Of a stretch of 64,000 nt of DNA, positions 24,748-34,973 are shown one piece after another. The notes beneath the pieces are model-generated. The model was not told the origin of the DNA. It saw nothing but the letters and a program-made list of their open reading frames with translations, and ran no database searches. How positions within the stretch are numbered: the stretch's first letter is position 1; each line of letters begins with the position of its first letter. The stretch is taken from contig CM068750.1 in the NCBI GenBank assembly GCA_035084275.1, positions 10,726,001-10,790,000 of the forward strand. The letters are read 5' to 3'. This DNA is from Hydrolagus colliei. Taxonomy: Eukaryota. The position numbers and the translations under genes were made by a program.

Positions 24748-27700
24748 AGAAAAAAAAGTCCGTATCCCAATTAGCAATAATGGATATAAACCCTGTTTTG
24801 CTTCAAATTTGATAAATTATATATGATTAGCTATTGTGCAGTTCATGGCGTTGGAAGTGAAGGGATGGATTATTTTAGAACAACGATAGAGCGGCAATTA
24901 TGTGTTGGTTTCCAGCGCTTTGTTTATGTTGTGTACCTTGAGCACCGACTGCAACAGGAACGTGTCGAGACAAGCACCTCATTTGGATTATTTGCTGAGA
25001 GAGAAACCGCTATAGTTAGATGTATCACAAAGCGGTGTCACTGTCATTCTGACATTCGCTCTGCTGCAGATGTGACCCGATTTTAATATTTATAATTATT
25101 CATATTCGCGTCATGTAAATCACATCAACACGTTAAGGAGAAAGCGAGCGCGAATAATGATCAAAAATCGACTGGAAATAAAATATTGTTCATCACGCGG
25201 TTGATACCAAATGTGGGGAGTTTTACACGTGTGTGTGTGTGTGTGTTTTTAAATCGTCCTATTCATTGTTTCTAAAGTGATAGGTTTTACAAACCTGTTT
25301 ACCGTTCTCCGGTGCAGGAGCTCCGGTTACATAAAAATAGATATTACAAATGGGAATCTGTTCATAAAAAGGGTTTATTTATTCATCCAAATTTCCAACG
25401 ATATTTCCTAGATACTAAACGAGAGAGGGAGAGAGCGAGAGCCTGAAACTACGAGCTGGTCTTTTAAATTTATTGTCACAGTTTTACCTTTGAAGGATTT
25501 CTGAAGGAGATATTCTGTAATTGTGTGCGAGATTTACAAGGCATTGTAGAAATTCAAAGCATAATACTTTGATATATACAGTATATATACAGTATATATA
25601 TATACACAATGCGTTAAGTGTGCAGTTTGGTCAGTACTACCAATAAAATTATTTTACAACTTCCAAACGTAAAAATGTAGCCCTGAATGCAGTTGAAATA
25701 GTACTGTTTGCTTTAATATCGTCTGCACACAAAAAAACTGTCTGTATATAGTCTAGGTGGCCTTGATGTACAGTTCAAATGCTCACAACACTGCACTTGG
25801 TGGGTTATCAAAATAATATTAAATATGATTGAAAATTGCCTGAAGCGATATTAAATTCAACGAAATATTAATGATTCACGCGTATTTTTGCTGAAATGTT
25901 CACTTCTGTCTTCTATTTGGTGCTAATTTCTATCGGAACACAATTAATTGGTACAGTCGTGTTTTATAGGTTTATTTGCATAAGTCGTCATTTTCATTTG
26001 AAAACTGAAAGGATCATGGACAGAAATAAACACAATTAACCGATACATTTTTATTTTTGCCGAATTTCAATTTGACACCGGTAACGTTGCTTCTTATTCG
26101 AACCACATCTCCCATATGATGTGAAATGTGAGTTAAAAATCTTTATCTGCTTAAATGCGAGGTGTAACATCATCCGAGTTGATGGTCAATATTTGAAGCC
26201 AATCATAATGTTAGCGCAGAGCTTCCAATAAATAAACACACCCGTTCAAACCGGCAGCCTATAGACTTTACCGTCTGACAGACACAATATTGTAAATTAC
26301 AAGGTAGCGTTTATTCAAAACATCTTCATTCCTGATCTCCCATTGGGAACACGCATCAACGGAGGACAATATAGATGCAATAAATATATTTGTAAAATGA
26401 TTATATATTCAAATTCATCATTTGCAATATAACGGCTGGATTGTATTTATTTATATTGACGGTAAGTTTTTCAATTTTCAATAAAAAATATTCCCGTCGT
26501 AGATAAAACCCCCCACAAGTTATAGCGACGCGCTTGAGGGAATCGTCGGATCTGTTATCAATTCATCTTTAATAACGCCTCCAGTTGTAGCCTAATCACC
26601 TGTACGCTTAACACAGATCAAAATAATTTTCTTGTGACACGAATATGACACTGAAGATGTGAGCCCTGAACATTGGAGATTTTCCCGCCCGATGTAAAGA
26701 ACCTTTTATTAATGATTAAAAAAAAAATAATAACTGTTTGCGGCCACCGGATGATCAATCCCTAGAACAAATATTCCAAATATTTAAGGGCAGAAACAAA
26801 ATGAACAATGTAAAAAAGGCCATTCGGTCCATTCAGCCTGTCCCATCATTTAACTATGTTAGGAACCAAATGTTCCAACAACTTAAACTGAAAATCATTA
26901 AATTCGCTGTTTTCCCCAATAATACCATGCGTTATTTATATTTCAAAAAATATTTTTGTTTGTGTATGAAATAGGATTCTTATATACAAAAGTAAAGAAA
27001 ACGTGTCCTATTTGTTCCCGAGGGGATTTCTTTCTTCAAAAATATGTAACCACTAATTATTCTGAATGTTTTGCAACAACTCTTTTTTTCAAAGGAATAA
27101 ACATTCTTATCAATCATATCCTGTGGTATATTTACAGCAAATTCTCCTTTTATCAAGAGAGGTTGTGTCAAAGGAATCGTCTCAATGTTTCGGGTGGTTT
27201 GGTATCTCAAGCAAAATAAATAAAAACTCTTTGCTAATTATAAAGTTATTAAGCAAAATGATTTGCTTTCTGTCTCCGACTATTATTATTTATATTTGAA
27301 GCCATCAGATAGATTCGGCAGCTTTACAATAATGTTTCCATGGTTTTTTGTTGCATCGTTCTGTATGAATCGTCCGTTGGATCACCTTTTTATCCCCTCA
27401 GTGTCTGGACCTCGAGCAATGCTGTTGTCTGATACCGTACACTAGATGCCACTTACATTTTCTCAACACCTACGCAGTTAATTATTCAGTCAGTTGAAAT
27501 GCGTTTACATGCATGTGAGCTTGTAGTCTCAATACACCAAGTGAACTCAGCGGTTCATGGTCGTTGTCTTGTCACGGCTCAAAACGGGGTGTTTGCATGT
27601 GTTTTTAATCTCATTTACATCCTGCCCCCAGGCCATCGACTTTTTTAAAGCGTGCACTTTTTTGGTGTTGGAATAAAGTAGGCAATAGATTGTACGGATA

Positions 27701-29252
27701 AAATATCGCAAAACAGCAATATATTGTCCGCAAACGTTTCAGTTTGGCATGTGCTTCATTTAGTCTCCATAGACAATACATATATAATCCTACTCACCAC
27801 AATCCAGTGATGTTTCTTCTGGCTGAGTCGTTAAATTTTTACTCTGGGTGTTACATTTTCCTTTTTTTTTGCAAATCAATGTAATGGTACAATTATACGA
27901 GTTAAAATGACACAAGGCGTTGGATTGGAGGCGAATAAGCGGGCCATTCTAGGCTTGTGTATGTTTTCTCTCTCTCTTTCTCTCTCTCTCTGCAGTTTTC
28001 AGAATGTTCCCAGTGACACAATGTTATGATGGAAAGATGCTATAAATGACAGCGCTAGTAAACGCTCGTCTTAATCATCGGGCTCTTAATTTAGTTTGGT
28101 GCTGGTCTTTGTGCTGAGGAGCCGCTGACAACCTACAGGGAGTTAATGAGTGACGAGGCAAGGCTGGTGCAGTAAAGTAACACTTTCCTGGTGCGAAGAC
28201 CACTAACTGGGAAGTTTAGTTCACTACTGTTCTCGCAAACCTAATAATATAACCTGTAACAAAAAAAACACTTAAGGAAAATACAACACGTTAAATACAG
28301 AAACTTTCAATCACTAATTATTAGCACCTACAGTCAGTTAGTCGAGTGTGGTGTTTAATTTAGTTACTCGGAAGAGAACTCAATTATTGGTTCGTTCAAA
28401 CGTAAATACTGTATAATGCACGTTTAGATCACTTACGGACGAGGGAGTCATAAAATATACATTTGACGTCTGTCCAATCATATCTGCGGCTGTGTTTTTT
28501 TTTGGTCAAAGTTCGTAACAAATGAATGACCCGCTTTTGTAAAATGAGCAAATTTGGCATTTACTCGAGATGCAACGCACAAACCAAATCACCTTAAGTT
28601 AGATGCAGTGTATCGCAAATTTAGCTCTTTGACTTATTCAACGGTAAATGTTATCATTGGTCTTGAAATAATGTCTCAAATGCTATTTTAATCGAGGACC
28701 ATATTACGTAACTGCATTACTCACTCGATGCAAAAATTAAATACGCCACTGTTAAAACGTCGACCATTTACGACTTTCAAATCCTGATTTTATTTGCGTC
28801 ATGTGTGTAATTCCGATAAAAGTAAGATTTTGTTTTTTAAAAAGCCAGCAGGACACAGACTGTACATTTATTTGTCCAATTTTATTTAATCGCATTAATA
28901 AATCCGTTATATAACGCTGCATGAATTCAATATAGTGATCACGATTCGACATTTCTTTCAGGAAAAACGGCAAATGACCACAAAGTACATTTTAAAGTAA
29001 ATCATCCAAATAGACTAAGATGTATTTATGTCAAATTGACTATAGATTGGTGTATAGATCAGGGTTCTCCATGGTTTCAAGAAAAATAAATAAACTGGAA
29101 TCAAATTCAATATCAATGTTTTTCTTCTCATTGCGGTTCGAAGATGAACATCTGCAGAGGAGACAAAGAAACACAATGTTAGAAATCGTGTTCCCATAAC
29201 TGCAAATATTGCTAGATACATTGTGAAACGTGTCATAATCATTAAAATGTAC

Positions 29253-29283
<31 letters not shown>

Positions 29284-30592
29284 CGGAGTAATGCAATGAG
29301 CCAAATTGTCCTTTCTGGGGCTATCTGGAAAGTGAAAGAAAGCTCTTGTTTTAACCCATGCCCACATCCATCACATAACTGTATTACTGTATTTTTTTAA
29401 ACTTTTTTTCCATTTCAGTTCTCTCGTCGGTACGTTAAATGGACGCATTCTAGTCATTGCATAAACTTCTTGTTCCATCAAATGGTGAACAACCAATAAT
29501 GGCAGGTTTCGGACAAGCGTTTTATTCATTAAAAATGCAACACCCAGTCCTTAAATGTTGAGTACCTGCATCTCTGCGCTTACATTTGCTGAGTCCATTT
29601 ACAATGCATTTTTTTGGGGGGTGTGGGGGCAATTTAAAAAAAAATGAAATAATGTCAAACAAGCACAATTAAAAGATTGCAGTGATACAGAACTAGCGCA
29701 GTTTGCGTCTTTCTTTCAGACACTGTTCCAAAATCAGTGTGGAATACACATTTGTAAACGTTTCTAAATTGTTATACAAAAATGTTGATTTAAGTACTGC
29801 TAAATCACAGCAACAACAGAGGTTCAATGCAAACAACAGCTGTGTCTATTTTTTTAAAACAATCCCAATGACGATTTGCGCATATAAGCATGCACTCAGC
29901 TAATCTCGCTTTTTCTTCGTGTTAATCAACACTTTCCTTCCTGCATATCAGAATACAAGCACTATAGTTACTCCACATCAGTAAATGTTTATGTAACCTG
30001 TCCTTTCCCAGGAATCCGGTTACGCTAAATCATTTCATGCAAGAGTGGGTAAGAAAACGAGTGGGCCATGCTATCCTTCAGATTTATATGGAAAAATGTA
30101 AGAGAAAGGTGAACTAATTCTAAATTAAAATACGAGTGCGCGCGCAGAGAGGCGGATATACAGCCCCCAAAACAATCTACGACCTTGTACAGATTTCATT
30201 GGTGACCTTTTGGCCTCAGATATGTTGCTGTATTAAAAATGGAGAACTCCAGTAGCGTGTCTAAAGGCAATAGCGCGCAGCCACATCAAAGGATTCAAAC
30301 GTGTAATTTACTTTGCAATATCTTAGTCGCTTTTCACAAGACCAACAAAGTAGGGCTTTTCACTGGAGGCCCTAACCTCCCAACCACCCCGAAACACAGC
30401 TATTAATATTCAGATTTACCCGCGACACAACGTTTAACACGCTTCTCAACAAGTTCCACGTAACATCTTTACCGTCTTGGAGAAGTCGATGTATTACATT
30501 ACCGAACCGCCGTGAACATAACTTAAAATATAAACGTTTTTTCTTACATATGTTCACATTTTGTACTTGCTATCGGAAAGGATTATCGAGTC

Positions 30593-30625
<33 letters not shown>
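30593..30625 (+). repeat. Compound (TG)n(AG)n microsatellite
   Basis: Directly visible. Confidence 0.9.
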
Positions 30626-30627
<2 letters not shown>

Positions 30628-32279
30628 CAGAGCCACCCCCGAGCGTGAGAATCTGTATTTTACTCCCGATATATTAAATTTCAAATGAAAGTATATTTAA
30701 AGTAGATATCGTATTATGAAACCGTAACAGTAAGAGGCCGCAGACTGTCGCTTCAGCGTTGCAGTGTGCGCTAGGATTGGTTTGGTGGGTTTAATGCTAA
30801 TGTCTTGGGCTCCTAAATAGTGCCAGTTAGTTCAACGTTTGCACCAAAAAAAAAGGCGTTTCGACTTGTACTGATCCCGCCAAAGCCATGGGGAGAAAAA
30901 ATCATGACCTCAACAGACATTGGTGCACACAAAGGCGGCCTGTATTGCCCCCACCCCCCTACCACCCCCTCAAGTCTAAAGCGATTACTGTATTACGCTA
31001 ACAATGTATAAAATGGTGAGAATTACAAGGCGACCCACAACGCGATCAAATGCGTTTGAAAATATCTGCAGAGATATAATGTCCTCCTTCCGTTATTTTC
31101 CCACGGTTCATAGTGAATAGATATTTAAAGGGAGAAAGACACTGTACAATCGGGATGGAGACCCGTGTTTAACAAACACTGTTTGTTGCGGGGTTTTTTT
31201 CTTATAAATAAACCCAGGAGAGGCTGAGTTGTAACCAGCATGAGAATTCCTCCCCCCGTCATTACTGTTCGTTATACTCCCTGTCTCTCTCTCTCTCTCT
31301 CACCCTCTCTCGTCTGTCTTTCTCAAGTGCCTTCCGATTATTTCGGAGAAGGCTGCGTTCCTCAGTAACACTACCGCGCGTCTGTGTGTGTGTTAAAAAA
31401 AATCAGAAATGTAGCCATGAATTATTGACATCATGCAACATCCGCCATTAAGGTGTCAATGTGACTGGCAATGAATGGAAAGAATAAGGTTACATTTCTG
31501 CCGGATTATGGCCAACGTGAGGAAGAGGCGGCCTGGCTCCTGCCTGGCTCTCTCTGCCTTGCCCTGCCTCTCTCTTGCCTTGCCCTTGCCCTGGCTATTG
31601 CCTTGCCCGTGTATCTCAAGCACCCTTTGCCTTTTCCTTTCCTCTCCAACGCGGGATGAGAAGTGAGCAGTGCCCCTGAAACCATCACACTTGCCTTCGG
31701 TCCTCTCGGCCCCACCACCACCCGATCGCCGCTCTTCTCTTATTTGCAGAGATGGCTCTCCTGCCACAGCTACAATTTACAGCACAAAGTCGAACAAGCC
31801 TCCAAATTGTTCTACACCCAATTGGATTGATTTTTGTTTGTGGGGGGAAAGAGGGGAGGAGGGAGGAGGAGAAGGCAAGAGGGGAGTCTGTAACTCAGCA
31901 ATATTATGTTTAAAAATCGAACCCCAAAAAAACTGAAGTTAGGGAGGGGGGTGGGGGGGGCGGGTGTATTTGTATGTGAGGGATGGAGGGGGGGGGGGTA
32001 GGGGGGGGCAATAGTTAAAAACCAGCTTGAAGAATGGGGGATGTTTATTATGGGGAAGGATGAGAGCAGCCTCGGAGGTATAAAGTAGTTCCTCGCTTCT
32101 TTCCACCCCCCCCCCCCCCCCCCCACCGACTCTCGCTTTATGGATTTGCGCAAAACTAACTTTGCAATAATAACGGGACATATCGACCGGGAGGGGGCGT
32201 GTGGGGGGGGTGGGGTGGGGTGAGGCGAGCTCAACGTGGCTACGATGATGCTGTGAATGGTATTTTTTTTAGGTGGGGG

Positions 32280-32620
32280 GTCTGGGTGGGTGGGGAAGGG
32301 AAGGGAGGAGGTGAGCGAGAGGGAGGGAGAGGGAGGCCAGGCCGGGCCGGGTGCTGACTGAGTGAGTGATGCGGTGGCTGCACAGCCCCGGCCTCTGAGG
32401 GTGGGATTGCTCCGCGTGGTTGCGGTGAGGGGGCGGGGCTGACTGAGCGACTGATTGATTGATTGACAGGCCGGTGGGCGGGAGGGAGGGCCGAGGCGAG
32501 GCGCTGATTGGCCGCGGTCTAGCCGGACGCACGGGCACGCGCGGCGCTCTGATTGGCCGCCTGGTGAAAAGGTTACAGTGAGGGTTTGAGCCGAGCACCG
32601 AGTGTCCGCCTTAACATCAC
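32280..32620 (+). promoter_or_regulatory. FOXG1 proximal promoter / CpG island
   Basis: Very GC- and CpG-rich. GC box GGGGCGGGGC at 32430-32439, Pbx/Prep-Meis decamer TGATTGACAG at 32460-32469, and two inverted CCAAT boxes CTGATTGGCCGC (ATTGG at 32507 and 32552), directly upstream of the leader. Confidence 0.8.
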
Positions 32621-32677
32621 AGCGGCTGAGAGCACAGAGCTGGCGGCGCCCGACCTGCCATTGAGAACATGAAGTAG

Positions 32678-32774
32678 TCTCTCTCTCTCTCTCTGTAAAT
32701 CTCTCTCAATCTTTCTCTCTCTCTCCCTTTCTACATACACACACACACCTACAACACAGACACACACACACACA
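32678..32774 (+). repeat. (CT)n/(CA)n microsatellites in the putative FOXG1 leader
   Basis: Directly visible dinucleotide repeats. Confidence 0.9.
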
Positions 32775-32786
32775 TATGCAAACTAC

Positions 32787-32846
32787 ATGAGTTGCCAGCG
32801 ATTGCAATCCAACTGTGCCGCTGCAGTTTCTTTCACCCGTGTGTGA
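32787..32846 (+). other. Upstream ORF ([19 protein letters not shown]) whose TGA overlaps the FOXG1 ATG
   Basis: ATG at 32787, 19 sense codons, TGA at 32844-32846 sharing its A with the ATG at 32846-32848. Translation is not demonstrated. Confidence 0.6.
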
Positions 32847-34081
32847 TGTTGGACATGGGAGATAAGAAAGAAGTGAAAATGATCCCCAAGTCGTCGTTCA
32901 GCATAAACAGCCTGGTGCCCGAAGCGGTTCAGAATGACAACAACCATCACCACCGACCGGCCCCCGACGACGAGGACAAGAACGTTTCGCCAGCCTTGGA
33001 GTCAAAGTCTGAAAACATTCCCAGCAAAACTGACAGCAGCTCCGGGGAGCAGCCCTGCGCGGAAGAGAAGGAGAAGCAGGAAGAGAAAAAGGCAGACGGT
33101 AAAGAAGGGGACGGTGGAAAGGAAGGGGAAAAGAAAAATGGCAAATACGAAAAGCCTCCGTTCAGTTATAACGCGCTGATCATGATGGCCATCCGGCAGA
33201 GTCCGGAAAAACGATTGACATTGAATGGGATCTACGAATTTATCATGAAAAATTTCCCCTATTACAGAGAGAACAAGCAGGGCTGGCAAAACTCCATCAG
33301 ACATAACTTGAGTCTCAACAAATGTTTCGTGAAAGTTCCGAGGCATTACGATGATCCTGGGAAGGGAAACTACTGGATGTTAGATCCATCGAGTGACGAT
33401 GTGTTTATAGGTGGCACCACAGGAAAACTCCGGAGGAGGTCCACAACATCAAGAGCAAAGTTGGCTTTCAAGCGAGGAGCGCGCCTCACTTCTACTGGAC
33501 TGACATTTATGGATAGGGCAGGTTCTCTATATTGGCCTGTATCTCCATTCCTATCCCTCCATCACCCCCGGGCCAGCAGCGCCTTGAGTTATAATGGAAC
33601 CACCTCAGCTTATCCGAGTCACCCGATGTCCTACAGCTCGGTGTTATCTCAGAACTCTCTGGCGAACAACCACCCGTTTCCAACTTCAAATGGGTTAAGC
33701 GTAGATAGACTTGTAAACGGAGATATTCCTTATGCCACCCACCACCTAACGGCAGCGGCTGCCCTGGCTGCCTCGGTGCCCTGTGGTTTGTCTGTTCCGT
33801 GTTCAGGCACGTATTCCTTAAACCCATGCTCAGTGAATCTTCTGGCAGGACAGACGAGTTATTTTTTCCCTCATGTTCCTCACCCTTCAATGACTTCTCA
33901 AAGCAGCACTTCAATGTCGGCCAGGGCAGCGTCCTCCACATCTCCACAGGCGCCTTCAGCTCTTTCCTGTGAGTCTCTAAGACCCTCTTTGCCAAGTTTC
34001 TCCACAGGACTTTCTGGAGGGCTTTCTGATTACTTCACACATCAAACCCAGGGCTCCTCTTCAAACCCTCTAATACACTAA
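32846..34081 (+). CDS. FOXG1: Forkhead box protein G1 (BF-1), single coding exon, 411 aa
   Basis: Starts [24 protein letters not shown], the FoxG1 N-terminus with the eh1 motif FSINSLV (32897-32917). Forkhead domain [30 protein letters not shown]...GKLRRR at 33152-33439. [17 protein letters not shown] follows, and the C-terminus is [18 protein letters not shown]. The true start is the ATG at 32846, not the TTG at 32792 used by the ORF track. Confidence 0.98.
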   Translation: MLDMGDKKEVKMIPKSSFSINSLVPEAVQNDNNHHHRPAPDDEDKNVSPALESKSENIPSKTDSSSGEQPCAEEKEKQEEKKADGKEGDGGKEGEKKNGKYEKPPFSYNALIMMAIRQSPEKRLTLNGIYEFIMKNFPYYRENKQGWQNSIRHNLSLNKCFVKVPRHYDDPGKGNYWMLDPSSDDVFIGGTTGKLRRRSTTSRAKLAFKRGARLTSTGLTFMDRAGSLYWPVSPFLSLHHPRASSALSYNGTTSAYPSHPMSYSSVLSQNSLANNHPFPTSNGLSVDRLVNGDIPYATHHLTAAAALAASVPCGLSVPCSGTYSLNPCSVNLLAGQTSYFFPHVPHPSMTSQSSTSMSARAASSTSPQAPSALSCESLRPSLPSFSTGLSGGLSDYFTHQTQGSSSNPLIH

Positions 34082-34387
34082 CAAACCCCCCTTCGAACAG
34101 ACTGTAAGTTAATGTTTTACACATATTTCCATTGTAAATAATTCTCAAAATAAGAAGCCCAGGTATTTTTATTCAAGTCCCCATTTTTGTCAGCATTTTT
34201 TTGTCAAATCCCATAGGGTTGTTTGTTTATTCAATTTCAGCAATGTGCAATTTGGGGCGGTTTAGATAGGAAACCACTGATAATAGTTAAATTAATGTAG
34301 ACTGTGTATTTTAAAAAAATGACTGCATTCCAACTAAAATTTAACGAGGCAGGTCTGTTTTAATCAATCCACCTCTGTCCATGTTTG

Positions 34388-34395
34388 CAGTATTA
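34388..34395 (+). promoter_or_regulatory. miR-200b/c/429 8-mer seed site
   Basis: CAGTATTA in the 3'UTR. The miR-200 family is a known Foxg1 regulator. Confidence 0.75.
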
Positions 34396-34586
34396 TAAGT
34401 TATCATGGTTCTGCTGGTGGCTGCTGATTCCTTTATTGGCGGATCTTATATTTTCAATCAACTTATACAAGTTCAACGCTTAATTTGTATTTAAACACTT
34501 CACTAGTGATATTACTTAAACATGCCTAACCGTTCGGTCATTTTTTTTTTCCATTTGGTTACAAAATGGTTCATGTTTACTTTTAG

Positions 34587-34594
34587 ACCAAAGA
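34587..34594 (+). promoter_or_regulatory. miR-9 8-mer seed site
   Basis: ACCAAAGA in the 3'UTR. miR-9 regulation of vertebrate Foxg1 is established. Confidence 0.85.
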
Positions 34595-34967
34595 CGGGGC
34601 TAGAAATGCACTCCTTGTTTAAAAGAGCAAGTAATTTGAAAGTAATTCATATTTTCCAGTTTACAATACTGCCTGTATAAGAATCAGAAGGGGACACAGT
34701 TGATGATTGCCTTTAGTTTGTGTTGTGCATAATTCGATGTATGTGATCACTAACAGGTCCCTTTTCTTTTCTTTATGTAAATGTAGTGAGATGTGTAAAC
34801 CTATTGTACTTAAAGGTAAACTTTGCGGACGTGTAACCTGTGTTGCTTAAATGCCTCATAAAATTCCTTGAGTGATTGTTAATGTCGTCTCTAAATTTCA
34901 TGATTGTGATATTGTGATCATATGCCCGTGTTGTCACTTAAAATGTTTACTATACAGAAGGCACCGA

Positions 34968-34973
34968 AATAAA
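34968..34973 (+). terminator. Polyadenylation signal
   Basis: AATAAA about 890 nt after the stop, followed by GT/T-rich sequence (gtgttgatatcttgtccttttctt). A second AATAAA lies at 35097-35102. Confidence 0.75.

Noticed and set aside
31812-32598. Pro/Gly-rich minus-strand ORFs
   Set aside because: They arise from G/C homopolymers and the stop-poor CpG island.
32792-32845. 18 aa N-terminal extension of FOXG1 in the ORF track
   Set aside because: It starts at TTG. The conserved FoxG1 start MLDMGD is at 32846.
33002-33995. Antisense ORFs of 114 and 162 aa over FOXG1
   Set aside because: Shadow frames of the coding strand with no recognisable domain.
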